Made by a program: the position numbers and the translations under genes. A stretch of DNA of 64,000 bases, from the IMG/VR virus record IMGVR_UViG_3300032233_002382, positions 32,001 through 96,000 of that record. One strand, given 5' to 3'. Below the pieces are notes generated by a model. The model worked only from the letters and a program-made list of their open reading frames with translations, searched no databases and was not told the origin of the DNA. This document shows, one piece after another, positions 18,397-26,745 of this stretch (the stretch's first letter is position 1; each line of letters begins with the position of its first letter). The stretch comes from a virus. Lineage: Duplodnaviria; Caudoviricetes.

Positions 18397-18822
18397 TTAG
18401 GCTCCCATCACATTCTCTACGCAGAATTCATCAAGTGCTTCCTGGAACACCTGCTGCCATTCTTCTCGAGTCAGCTTCGCTACGTTGCGCTGCCCCATCC
18501 AATGTTTAAGCCGGAGCTTTACTCCATCAGTTACTTGGGTCTTCTGGTATTGCCTCAAATTCGATACTTCAACTTCTTCAAAAGACTGGACCTGACCGCC
18601 AAGCCACCTAATATGGCCTTCGCTATACTTGTCTTTCCACTTCGTCGGATCGCCGTGAGTTAACAGGTGTTTCTCGCAAATCCCGATGATGGCTTCTTGT
18701 CGCCAACGACCGTTTGTCCGAACCTTGAAGAACTTCTTCCCATACTTCGGGCACGTACCGATCTTTTCGTGGTTGTACTTCTCGTTGAAGCTCTTCACGA
18801 GCACCTGACATCTGGTCGACAT
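18397..18822 (-). CDS. hypothetical protein with tag (CVENVMGA)
   Basis: ORF, GGAGG SD. Confidence 0.7.
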   Translation of the reverse strand: MSTRCQVLVKSFNEKYNHEKIGTCPKYGKKFFKVRTNGRWRQEAIIGICEKHLLTHGDPTKWKDKYSEGHIRWLGGQVQSFEEVEVSNLRQYQKTQVTDGVKLRLKHWMGQRNVAKLTREEWQQVFQEALDEFCVENVMGA

Positions 18823-18830
18823 ATTACCTC

Positions 18831-19124
18831 CTATTCCGAATGAGTCCGTCTAACTTCCTTATCATGACTACAGATCTTCATCAGATTCACATAGTGCAGA
18901 ACGGCTGCCATCGGAGCATGGTGGATTATCGCGACAAAGTACTCGCTCTCTTCTAGCTCGGAGAAATACTCCGCATCTTCATGGCCCGCATTCGGGCCAG
19001 ATATTACAACGAATCGGGCTCGAGGACTAGTCTCTTCGCCCTCGATACCGGTTACTAGACTATAATCATAATCGGTATCGACTATGATCGACCCGACACG
19101 AATCTCATCGGACGAAATAGGCAT
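18831..19124 (-). CDS. hypothetical protein
   Basis: ORF behind motif copy. Confidence 0.7.
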   Translation of the reverse strand: MPISSDEIRVGSIIVDTDYDYSLVTGIEGEETSPRARFVVISGPNAGHEDAEYFSELEESEYFVAIIHHAPMAAVLHYVNLMKICSHDKEVRRTHSE

Positions 19125-19176
19125 GCGCGGCTCCTCCCGTGGTGGGACGAGCCGCGCTGCCGATTTCCGGATTATT

Positions 19177-19491
19177 TTAATCGTGCCCGTATTCGATCAG
19201 AAAAACGCCTGCCATGGCTACGAACATTCCCACTAAAGACATAGGGGAGATGGATTCACCTTCTTTCCATACGACCCAACCAACCGCCATCAAAATGACT
19301 ACTGTTTCCCAGATAACTAGGGATGACCCAAGGTCATTCCCATCCTTCAGGATCTTCGCCCAAATGAAGGCGTCGATCACGTAAGAAGCAAGACCCCAAG
19401 CAATGTGAGTCTTGCCGAGTGACCAACGCTTTAAAAGGATATCACCAAGGACGTTAAATGCAGCGCCGAGAAAAATCCAAAAGAATTTCAT
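19177..19491 (-). CDS. SMR/DMT-family 4-TM small transporter-like protein
   Basis: 104 aa, four hydrophobic segments, E..S....VG G-rich last helix. Confidence 0.7.
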   Translation of the reverse strand: MKFFWIFLGAAFNVLGDILLKRWSLGKTHIAWGLASYVIDAFIWAKILKDGNDLGSSLVIWETVVILMAVGWVVWKEGESISPMSLVGMFVAMAGVFLIEYGHD

Positions 19492-19694
19492 TCGCAGGAT
19501 CGAGCAAACGAGACAGCTTCAGACTTAGCCGTCTCGAGGCTATTCGAACTCCCGTTACCGACTAAACAGCCGTTCCCCTGTTCGTCGAACTGCATGACGG
19601 TCCAAAAGTACTTGCCTCGAAAATTGGTAACCGAAACTTTTTTATCGCTAAAAGACGTTTCATAGTTCTCGCGATCATCCTGCGCCCAGTTCAT
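19488..19694 (-). CDS. hypothetical protein
   Basis: ORF, ATGA overlap. Confidence 0.6.
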   Translation of the reverse strand: MNWAQDDRENYETSFSDKKVSVTNFRGKYFWTVMQFDEQGNGCLVGNGSSNSLETAKSEAVSFARSCE

Positions 19695-19704
19695 TTCGAC
19701 TCCA

Positions 19705-19992
19705 TCAGGTTTCGTGAATATCCTCTAAGATATCGTCCACAAAAGCTGGGCTCAACGGAATCTCTCCTAAAATCCTCTCGAATTGCTCGGGAGGCGCGCC
19801 AGCTTTCGCTAACGCTACCGCCTGAGCAATGCAAGCGTTCTTCATGTTCTGTGCGGCGAATTTATACGCCTCATCCGAGAGACGCTGATATTCCCGATAG
19901 GCGTTATGTAAATCAGCCTGAAGCTTCTGAATGGTTTGTTCTAACTTCATGGCTCGATTTTTGAGGTCGTTAAATTCGACTGCCGGTTTCAT
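19705..19992 (-). CDS. coiled-coil protein with tag (LEDIHET)
   Basis: ORF. Confidence 0.65.
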   Translation of the reverse strand: MKPAVEFNDLKNRAMKLEQTIQKLQADLHNAYREYQRLSDEAYKFAAQNMKNACIAQAVALAKAGAPPEQFERILGEIPLSPAFVDDILEDIHET

Positions 19993-19998
19993 TGGAAC

Positions 19999-20304
19999 TC
20001 ACCCTACTAAGAAAACTCCGATTATGAGAAACAATATCCCGCACACTTGCTTTATAGTCACCTCAGTACCAGAGATTATTGCTGCCACGTACCAGGATAA
20101 GTTGTAGCTTACATCAAGTACTGCCGAAGTGAGCAATAAACTGGCAAAAGGCCTTCGGAAAGCCTCTGCCCAGACCGCGACCATTCCTACTGAACCTATG
20201 AGAGTAAACCACCAAGGCAAACTGCCGGATCGGATGTGGTGAGCAACCGATCCGGCAGTCAGACCAAGGCATATCGTGATGAAGATGATTATCTGGAATC
20301 GCAT
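19999..20304 (-). CDS. second SMR/DMT-like 4-TM protein
   Basis: 101 aa, four hydrophobic segments, KQVCGILFLIIGVFL. Confidence 0.6.
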   Translation of the reverse strand: MRFQIIIFITICLGLTAGSVAHHIRSGSLPWWFTLIGSVGMVAVWAEAFRRPFASLLLTSAVLDVSYNLSWYVAAIISGTEVTIKQVCGILFLIIGVFLVG

Positions 20305-20326
20305 CCAGACACTTTACGTGCCCGGT

Positions 20327-21559
20327 TTATTCGTAGTTGCGGGCCGCAATGAAAATCGGGAACCTCGGAACCTGATCCTTGGACAGCTCGAAGTATCGGA
20401 AGGTGACCTGGGTGCCGACCGGAGGTGGATTTCGTCGGATTGCGTCTGAGATCCCACTACCGATGTTGAACTGAACGCCGTTCGGGAGCTGGCAGATGAG
20501 TCCGCCGGTCATCCCCTTGAGGCGGCCCTTCCCTGGCATGTGTCCAATGACCTCGGCCTCGGCGTCGAAGAATGTCTTGACTTTCAGAAGCGAGTGACTG
20601 CGCTGCGCCTCGTACTTGGAGCCAGGCTCCCGAAGCATCAGACCCTCGCCTCCGAGCGCCTCAATCCGCTTCAGCTCGCTCTTGAGGTGTGCGAAGCCCT
20701 TACAGACCTCCTGATCCAGCATCAGAGCGTACGGAGCGTTCCGAATCAGCTCCTTGGCCTTCGCGATTCGTTCCTCGAACCCTCCAGGAACACTCGGAGC
20801 GTCGAAGACCTCATATTTGACCTGCTTCCATGCGTCGCCGGAGTTCAGGGTCTTCACAACCGAGATCGTTTCAGCGAACTTCCCACGACCGATAATCAGC
20901 TCTCCATCCAGAGGACAGTCGGGTAGACCTGCCTTAAACCACTCAGGGGCCGTGTAGATGTTCCCGTTGCGGGAGAGGAAATCCTTGCCGTCCCAATAGG
21001 CCCGAACCCCATCCCGCTTCTCGCTCAGCCACCATCCGGTCGGGTCCTGCTCGCCGTCCCATGAGTGTGCAAGGAGGACGGGAGGGCCGTAGAGGTCGGC
21101 CTTCTCATCCTGACGGAGCTTCCGCCCCTCCTTCGCGGCCCGCTCGAGCACCTCGCGAGCACGTTCGGGCGTGCAGGTGAACTTCTTGTCCGGTTCCGGA
21201 TTGACCGGATAGCCGTCCGAAGACACGGAGACGGCCTCCGGAGCCTTCTGGGAGACCGGAATGGCCTGAACCACCACCCCTCCCATATTGCGCGCAAGAC
21301 GGGCGGCCTCGTTTGCCTCGCCATGGACCTTCTTGGTGTGCTTACAGGTCTTCAGATCGACCTTCCCACCCGAATTGCGCCAGGCAGGGCAATCGCAAGA
21401 CCAGATTCGGTCGTCGTGATTCTTGACCACGTACGGATTCTTGCCCGATCCCTGAACTGTCGTGGACTCACCGGCTGCAAGCGACATGATTCCTCCATAG
21501 GCGGACGCCCCGCCCACCAGCAGAACGGGCGGAGCGTCGGATTTCCAGATTCGACTCAC
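20327..21559 (-). CDS. lig: ATP-dependent DNA ligase with N-terminal SWIM-like zinc finger
   Basis: SEKRDGVRAYW (KxDG), LDGEL, EGLMLR, LLKVK, OB domain; CDCPAW...CKH N-terminus. Confidence 0.95.
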   Translation of the reverse strand: MSRIWKSDAPPVLLVGGASAYGGIMSLAAGESTTVQGSGKNPYVVKNHDDRIWSCDCPAWRNSGGKVDLKTCKHTKKVHGEANEAARLARNMGGVVVQAIPVSQKAPEAVSVSSDGYPVNPEPDKKFTCTPERAREVLERAAKEGRKLRQDEKADLYGPPVLLAHSWDGEQDPTGWWLSEKRDGVRAYWDGKDFLSRNGNIYTAPEWFKAGLPDCPLDGELIIGRGKFAETISVVKTLNSGDAWKQVKYEVFDAPSVPGGFEERIAKAKELIRNAPYALMLDQEVCKGFAHLKSELKRIEALGGEGLMLREPGSKYEAQRSHSLLKVKTFFDAEAEVIGHMPGKGRLKGMTGGLICQLPNGVQFNIGSGISDAIRRNPPPVGTQVTFRYFELSKDQVPRFPIFIAARNYE

Positions 21560-21831
21560 GAGTTGTGGATCTTATCGATAAACGTCTGTTCTCTTTCCCA
21601 CATCTTGATACAGATTCGATTGCAAAATGTCGTGAAACCGCAATGCTCAGTGCAATGACCCGCTACACACCGTTTATCCTTGAACGATCGGCAATTCTCC
21701 CTCGAGCAATAGTATTTCATCTTCCTAGATTCGGAATGGTAACAAGCCCCGAAACCTGCAATGAACGCAGTGATTGCAGCGAGGATTCCAATAGCAATCG
21801 CTTGACCTACCATCATTGCTTCATAACCCAA
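21556..21831 (-). CDS. membrane-anchored Cys-rich protein with tag (IDKIHNS)
   Basis: TM helix plus C..C...C...HC..HC. Confidence 0.6.
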   Translation of the reverse strand: MGYEAMMVGQAIAIGILAAITAFIAGFGACYHSESRKMKYYCSRENCRSFKDKRCVAGHCTEHCGFTTFCNRICIKMWEREQTFIDKIHNS

Positions 21832-22220
21832 AGAACCGGTTCATCTCGAGCGAAATCCCAATAAACCTTCCCATCCTTTGTCGACCCTGTAACCTTCACA
21901 ATCTTAGACCAGATCGGGCGTCCGCCGGTCGAATTCCGATTCGGTAGAATCGTCACAATTTTCGTGTCACCGGACGACGTGCTCAGGTACCCGGAAGCCG
22001 TATCCCCGTGCTCATACCAGACCTTCACGCGTGTGCGGTATGAACGACCCGGATGTTTAATGAGATCGAGCATTACCTTGCAAAGGGACTCCGGCCATTC
22101 ATTGCGGAAAGTGATCCCATCGATGATCATGTGTTCATGACTTTCTCCAAGACATCTTTGACTTGATCCCAAAACACCATCTTCCGAACGGTCAACCGAA
22201 TGACGTCCGGGCGAAGCCAT
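21813..22220 (-). CDS. hypothetical protein, paralog of 22127-22435
   Basis: F.nEWP..L...V.V.Y..G...SGYL shared; ends VMKQ. Confidence 0.7.
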   Translation of the reverse strand: MASPGRHSVDRSEDGVLGSSQRCLGESHEHMIIDGITFRNEWPESLCKVMLDLIKHPGRSYRTRVKVWYEHGDTASGYLSTSSGDTKIVTILPNRNSTGGRPIWSKIVKVTGSTKDGKVYWDFARDEPVLWVMKQ

Positions 22221-22435
22221 TTCCAGGTTTTAGCCTTCTGAGTCTTAGTGATAGCGGGAAGAGTAAGTTCGTTTTTCGATTTTGGGCAGAGGTAACCGGA
22301 TTCGTGAGTCCCGTCCGAATAATGAACAGTGACCCAAATCGGAAGGTTCTCGGTCTGCTGAATTACGAAGAAGGAGACACGCTCCTTCAGCTCGTCTGGC
22401 CACTCATCAAAGAATGAGAGGTCAGACGCTTTCAC
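22127..22435 (-). CDS. hypothetical protein, paralog of 21813-22220
   Basis: FDEWPDEL...VTVHYSDGTHESGYL; ends VMNT. Confidence 0.7.
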   Translation of the reverse strand: MKASDLSFFDEWPDELKERVSFFVIQQTENLPIWVTVHYSDGTHESGYLCPKSKNELTLPAITKTQKAKTWKWLRPDVIRLTVRKMVFWDQVKDVLEKVMNT

Positions 22436-22610
22436 AATGTTTACTCAACCTGTTAGCCAGGTTCTGAATAGCTTCCTGTGGAGTCTTACCGGTTGTCTGA
22501 ATTCCGACACACGCCGCAACCCACCCGTCCGGCGTCCTTGCAACCACGACCGGTCCAGTCCGGTCGAGCCTAATATCATCCAAGTCAACATTCATCTCAG
22601 GACTCCTCAT
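22422..22610 (-). CDS. HicB-like N-terminal domain miniprotein
   Basis: GWVA....TTGKTPQEAIQNL pattern. Confidence 0.45.
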   Translation of the reverse strand: MRSPEMNVDLDDIRLDRTGPVVVARTPDGWVAACVGIQTTGKTPQEAIQNLANRLSKHCESV

Positions 22611-22917
22611 AAGCTTTCAGCGCGGCCAGATATGGCTCCGATTTTTTAATGGCGTCTTCGATGAACGCTAAATACCTACCAGGTGGGGTTAGAACTCGAC
22701 CACTATCGTCTTGAGCTAGAATGTCCCTCTCTGGCTCATTGATACCTACGACGGCGTTTGCGGTGAACTGAATGCCATCCATCACTCCCTTCACAGTGAA
22801 GGAAGGAGTATCGATCGGGTCCAGTGTCTTGATGAACTCGGGCGATTTCAGATCAGCATCGGTCAGTGCGTAGTCATCCTTGAAGTTACGTTCGATGGTA
22901 CTGATGCTTAGTCTCAT
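22597..22917 (-). CDS. hypothetical protein
   Basis: ORF. Confidence 0.65.
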   Translation of the reverse strand: MRLSISTIERNFKDDYALTDADLKSPEFIKTLDPIDTPSFTVKGVMDGIQFTANAVVGINEPERDILAQDDSGRVLTPPGRYLAFIEDAIKKSEPYLAALKAYEES

Positions 22918-23142
22918 TTAGTGCTCCTTGATTCGCTTGCCATCACCGATCCAAAACATCCCAACCCCGTTCGAGCGGTCGAGCCACTCGTCCAGATTGG
23001 CGTGAAGGAAAGCACGCCATTCGGTATCGGTCATGCCCTTCGAATCATGCTGAGGTGGGCAGATGTCCGAATGGACGCTCTCCCCGTCCTCGTTGAGATA
23101 CTCGATTTCTGCGTGAACTTCGGCCATGTGTGCAACCTCCAC
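22918..23142 (-). CDS. hypothetical protein (start likely MAEVH)
   Basis: Motif copy with GGAGG directly upstream. Confidence 0.7.
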   Translation of the reverse strand: MEVAHMAEVHAEIEYLNEDGESVHSDICPPQHDSKGMTDTEWRAFLHANLDEWLDRSNGVGMFWIGDGKRIKEH

Positions 23143-23180
23143 CCAACGAACGAGCGGAGCGACCGATTTCCGGATTTGAC

Positions 23181-23525
23181 TTAAGCTTCCATGACTTTCT
23201 TGACTTTCTTTAAACTTGGGCAGTCATCAATGATCTTTGATATCTGTTCGGTCGGATCTTGAGTATAGAAATAATAGTGGGCAAGAGACCCTATCATAAA
23301 TATCACTTCATAAAGCGATTTCTGACTGCCTAATATGTACCCGCGAATGAATCCCAGTCTTGTGGCTCTAGAAATATCGCCGCTACCGGCATCGGATAAC
23401 ACGTATCCTGGGACAGCTTCTATAGCTTCTTCAAAAGTCTCGCCGAGTCCGACGCCGATATCCTTAGCCAACAAGCGCTCGTACTGGTTTATACCGTGAA
23501 GGAAGACCCTTATCTGCGGCATCAA
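23181..23525 (-). CDS. hypothetical protein with tag (VKKVMEA)
   Basis: Motif copy with GGAGG directly upstream. Confidence 0.7.
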   Translation of the reverse strand: MMPQIRVFLHGINQYERLLAKDIGVGLGETFEEAIEAVPGYVLSDAGSGDISRATRLGFIRGYILGSQKSLYEVIFMIGSLAHYYFYTQDPTEQISKIIDDCPSLKKVKKVMEA

Positions 23526-23583
23526 ACACCTCCACAGACCGAACGAGCGGAGCGGTCGACTTCCAGATTTGACTCAAATAAGC

Positions 23584-23619
23584 TGATGGCCCGTCACCTA
23601 ATCCGGTGACGGGCCATCA
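23584..23619. terminator. hairpin downstream of tRNA
   Basis: tgatggcccgtcacc / ggtgacgggccatca. Confidence 0.7.
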
Positions 23620-23621
23620 AT

Positions 23622-23698
23622 TGGTAGGTCCCCGGTGACTTGAACACCGAACCCCCTGATTATGAGTCAGGCGCTCTAACCTGTTGAGCTAGGGACCC
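23622..23698 (-). tRNA. tRNA with CAT anticodon (elongator Met or Ile2)
   Basis: GGGTCCC/GGGACCT acceptor, CCTGA-CTCATAA-TCAGG, GTTCAA T-loop, CCA; lacks initiator GGG/CCC stem. Confidence 0.92.
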
Positions 23699-23740
23699 AA
23701 ACTTCTACTTGTCGAACTTTACATCTGAGGAATTTCCGTT

Positions 23741-24079
23741 CTACTCATCATCCTCTTCATACTCGTCGTCTTCATCCTCTTCTTCTTCGATCAAGTCGTC
23801 TTCCGTATAACTATCGGCGAAACATTCATCACAAATCCGTCCATCCTCGACGACTTTTGCCTTCTTCGCCTTCGCTAATCCCTTGAATGCCTTGTCGCAG
23901 ATGGCGCAGTGCGAGCAAGTCTCACAGAGCTTCTTCCCGATTGACGCTTCAGCATCACAGAGCGCACACTCTTCAGGTGCTATCGACTCGTCGTCTGTAT
24001 CGCTTCCTTCATCTTCATCTTCAAGACTCTCAAGTTCTTCGTCTCGGTCGATCTCTTCGGTTTCGCGCTTACGACCCAT
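23741..24079 (-). CDS. very acidic protein with four CxxC pairs
   Basis: D/E tracts flank CALC..CETC..CAIC..CDEC. Confidence 0.7.
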   Translation of the reverse strand: MGRKRETEEIDRDEELESLEDEDEGSDTDDESIAPEECALCDAEASIGKKLCETCSHCAICDKAFKGLAKAKKAKVVEDGRICDECFADSYTEDDLIEEEEDEDDEYEEDDE

Positions 24080-24083
24080 ATGG

Positions 24084-24296
24084 TCACCTCGTTTGGACGT
24101 CCCGAGCCATAGAAATCGGAAAATAAGTGTTGATCAAAAGACCCTTATCTTCTCGGCTCAACGTTACCGTCATCAGATCCGGATCGTAAGTCACCAAGTG
24201 ACCAAAGGCACGGCGACCATCAGACAGCTGGACGTCCACGTTTTTACCCACGAGCTTCGCAAGACCTTGAGGAGTCTGCCATTCACCGTTCTGCAT
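24084..24296 (-). CDS. Sm/LSm/Hfq-like fold protein
   Basis: LVGKNVDVQLSDGRRAFGHLVTYDPD matches the Sm1 motif. Confidence 0.65.
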   Translation of the reverse strand: MQNGEWQTPQGLAKLVGKNVDVQLSDGRRAFGHLVTYDPDLMTVTLSREDKGLLINTYFPISMARDVQTR

Positions 24297-24340
24297 TTAA
24301 ATCCCCTTTAGGGGTTAGAAGTGAGTCATGCTCGTTTAAA

Positions 24341-24580
24341 TCACGAGCCATTGATTTTACTTACAATGATCTCTTCGCAGGTTCCCGTATGTCTTAAATC
24401 GCCTTTTACGATACGATCAGGTTCTGGCGTAGATCCATCATGAACAACTTCGGTAACTCCGCAGTTCAGGCATTTCCACAAGTTATAACGAGGCGGGGGT
24501 CTTTTGGTTCGGTTCACCCAATCATGAGGCATGAACTTGCTCCGCCTGCTTCTCCTCGCAGGTAAGCCACTTACCCCCAT
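24341..24580 (-). CDS. HxW-CxxC-C zinc-finger miniprotein (start MPHDW)
   Basis: HDW...WKCLNC...CEEIIVSKINGS. Confidence 0.75.
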   Translation of the reverse strand: MGVSGLPARRSRRSKFMPHDWVNRTKRPPPRYNLWKCLNCGVTEVVHDGSTPEPDRIVKGDLRHTGTCEEIIVSKINGS

Positions 24581-24797
24581 TACCCTGAACCAGCATCCCT
24601 GAATGCGGGCTCTGGTCCAGGTTAATCATCATCGTAGAACCACAATTGCGGCAATGGTACCGCTCCCAGTAATTGTCAGGGGAACTGTCCGTAATCGACC
24701 ATCGATGACCCATGTGAGCCTCCACGGACCGGACGAGCGGAGCGGACGACTTCCAGATTAGCTTCGATGAACACTCTCGGCTTGTTTCTCTTCGCAA
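24522..24797 (-). CDS. HxW-CxxC-C zinc-finger miniprotein (start MGHRW)
   Basis: HRW...YHCRNC...CEEKQAEQVHAS. Confidence 0.75.
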   Translation of the reverse strand: MRRETSRECSSKLIWKSSAPLVRSVEAHMGHRWSITDSSPDNYWERYHCRNCGSTMMINLDQSPHSGMLVQGNGGKWLTCEEKQAEQVHAS

Positions 24798-24952
24798 GTC
24801 ATCGGCGGTCCGTTATGATAACTAGACACGAGCTCTTCCCCGTCAGGAGGTTCATGAATCTTATAGATTACTGATCCGCATGAAAGGCATTTATATCTGT
24901 AGTGTTCTTGGCTTGTTCGGCCTTGTCCTTCCCACTTCCATTTATGAGACAT
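24758..24952 (-). CDS. HxW-CxxC-C zinc-finger miniprotein
   Basis: MSHKW...YKCLSC...CEEKQAESVHRS. Confidence 0.75.
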   Translation of the reverse strand: MSHKWKWEGQGRTSQEHYRYKCLSCGSVIYKIHEPPDGEELVSSYHNGPPMTCEEKQAESVHRS

Positions 24953-25258
24953 TCACGACTCCATCACGTTCTTCGCAACCGCCTCACTACAGGACATGTG
25001 AATTTTCTGAAATGGTATGTTCCCGTACCAGAATTTGTAATGAGGACTGGGCTTCTTTCTTTGATGCCATTCGTGATCACAATTCGTACATTTCCAATAC
25101 GAGCAAGCATTCGTCTCTATCCACACCCAACTATGCATCTTGGATGTTCTCCACCATTTTCTCTTTACAATTGAGCAGCTTTTTCCGGTCTTTCGATAAG
25201 GAGAGTCCTGTGGGCTTGGGCGGTGTAGGATCCATGTAGCTAGAAGCGCGAGAATCAC
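24953..25258 (-). CDS. HxW-CxxC-C zinc-finger miniprotein (start MHSW)
   Basis: HSW...WKCTNC...CSEAVAKNVMES. Confidence 0.7.
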   Translation of the reverse strand: MILALLATWILHRPSPQDSPYRKTGKSCSIVKRKWWRTSKMHSWVWIETNACSYWKCTNCDHEWHQRKKPSPHYKFWYGNIPFQKIHMSCSEAVAKNVMES

Positions 25259-25346
25259 AACGGGAGCAAATCCAGAAATGAGTTACCCTATCGTCCTCGG
25301 TAGGGCCCTCAAACCCTCGATAAACCCAGTCATGATTCGTGGACAT
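25131..25346 (-). CDS. HxW-CxxC-C zinc-finger miniprotein
   Basis: HDW...WICSRC...CKEKMVENIQDA. Confidence 0.75.
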   Translation of the reverse strand: MSTNHDWVYRGFEGPTEDDRVTHFWICSRCDSRASSYMDPTPPKPTGLSLSKDRKKLLNCKEKMVENIQDA

Positions 25347-25539
25347 CAGCGGCTTGAGCCTCCATACACGTCATGAACGTGGCGACGCGTACATGGTCTC
25401 TATATATCTCCGCACTCATAGGACTTGGAATGCCTTCCCGACATCGAGTGAGGCTATGACAGTTCTGACACTCCCACCATCCGGACTTCGCACCGGACTT
25501 AATGCTTGGATCAGTATAGCGCTTCCAGTTATGATTCAT
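25330..25539 (-). CDS. HxW-CxxC-C zinc-finger miniprotein
   Basis: HNW...WECQNC...CMEAQAADVHES. Confidence 0.75.
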   Translation of the reverse strand: MNHNWKRYTDPSIKSGAKSGWWECQNCHSLTRCREGIPSPMSAEIYRDHVRVATFMTCMEAQAADVHES

Positions 25540-25738
25540 GTACTGACCTCACGGTCATTAGTTCTTGGATTTCTTCACATGAAACATCTTTAGCATCTCT
25601 AAAACTAAGCTTAAAATCTTCGCTAGGTTTCCCAGATTGCGTCCACTGGGAACCGCAGTTATTACAACGCCACAGGGTGTCCCACCCGCTATTCGTAAAA
25701 TTCAAGATCTTAGTGACTGGTAACCAGTTATGATTCAT
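25529..25738 (-). CDS. HxW-CxxC-C zinc-finger miniprotein
   Basis: HNW...WRCNNC...CEEIQELMTVRSVHES. Confidence 0.75.
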   Translation of the reverse strand: MNHNWLPVTKILNFTNSGWDTLWRCNNCGSQWTQSGKPSEDFKLSFRDAKDVSCEEIQELMTVRSVHES

Positions 25739-25949
25739 GGATCAGCCTAGCCTGAAGTTCTTCACAAGTCAATTGGCCGAGTCTGATACCAACTGAGACC
25801 AAGAGTACTGAATCGGGCGGTTCATCATCCATCTCCCCAATCCCCCATTCAAGGCACTTCTGACACCGGAATTCGAACTGTCCGAACTTATTCCGACCAT
25901 CATATTTCCACTCATGAGGCATGAAGGTTCCTGACCTGAATTTCTTCAC
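25728..25949 (-). CDS. HxW-CxxC-C zinc-finger miniprotein (start MPHEW)
   Basis: HEW...FRCQKC...CEELQARLIHES. Confidence 0.75.
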   Translation of the reverse strand: MKKFRSGTFMPHEWKYDGRNKFGQFEFRCQKCLEWGIGEMDDEPPDSVLLVSVGIRLGQLTCEELQARLIHES

Positions 25950-26103
25950 ATGTCATTTTGACGGTCTTGGTCGGGATCTTCATCTCTGGATCAGGGTCCG
26001 GTGCACTTTGATGGGTTCTGGTATAGCAACCGCATTTTTCGCAATGGAATGTAACCGTGGTCGAATGAGAGGGCCACTCGTGACACTGCCAATCATGAGG
26101 CAT
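25912..26103 (-). CDS. HxW-CxxC-C zinc-finger miniprotein
   Basis: HDW...FHCEKC...CEEIQVRNLHAS. Confidence 0.75.
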   Translation of the reverse strand: MPHDWQCHEWPSHSTTVTFHCEKCGCYTRTHQSAPDPDPEMKIPTKTVKMTCEEIQVRNLHAS

Positions 26104-26335
26104 GTACTTCTCTCACAATATTGAGTTCCGACATTTCATTACACTGAAGGAACGCACCCGTCTGATAATCGAACACTTTCTCAGTCGGATCAGGCTTGCT
26201 AGCGTGGAACGACCAGTGATCGCACTTCTTGCACCACCAGTAACCGCCAAGTTCAATATATCTATGACGATTGGACCGATTCGGCGAGAAGAAGGTTCGA
26301 AACCAGTTCAACCATCCGTTTAGCTGAAGCTTCAT
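26093..26335 (-). CDS. HxW-CxxC-C-related zinc-finger miniprotein
   Basis: HRY...WWCKKC...CNEMSELNIVREVHAS. Confidence 0.7.
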   Translation of the reverse strand: MKLQLNGWLNWFRTFFSPNRSNRHRYIELGGYWWCKKCDHWSFHASKPDPTEKVFDYQTGAFLQCNEMSELNIVREVHAS

Positions 26336-26489
26336 CTCGGGTGTTACCTTCTATGAAGTGGCCATAACCTTGTAACGCATACTTCCAGATGGAATCCTTG
26401 CTCCAGACCGAGGCATTGCAACCATCATCACTTACATAGAAGAATCTACCAGAACCAGGATCATATTGCCATCTAGGATTCTTGAACAT
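26262..26489 (-). CDS. hypothetical protein with tag (AESVQSS)
   Basis: ORF within array, no CxxC. Confidence 0.6.
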   Translation of the reverse strand: MFKNPRWQYDPGSGRFFYVSDDGCNASVWSKDSIWKYALQGYGHFIEGNTRDEASAKRMVELVSNLLLAESVQSS

Positions 26490-26745
26490 GATACACTTTC
26501 ATGAGATGGCAGTCATGGAAATCCAGTGTGAATCGGTTCGGATGCTCCAGTCGACAAGGCTGAAAGTATTTTACCCCATTATCCTCGGCCTGCTCGAACA
26601 AAACAGGTCGGCCGGGCGTCGGATAGACGTCCCCGACCCAGTAAGTTGCACAACTCCGACACATCCACACTCGATTCAGATTGGTTTTGATCCAGGTGTG
26701 CCTCATTAGACTCCCCCATACTTCTTCTCCATCTGGTCTAGCCAC
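26473..26745 (-). CDS. HxW-CxxC-C zinc-finger miniprotein (start MRHTW)
   Basis: HTW...WMCRSC...FHDCHLMKVYHVQES. Confidence 0.75.
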   Translation of the reverse strand: MARPDGEEVWGSLMRHTWIKTNLNRVWMCRSCATYWVGDVYPTPGRPVLFEQAEDNGVKYFQPCRLEHPNRFTLDFHDCHLMKVYHVQES

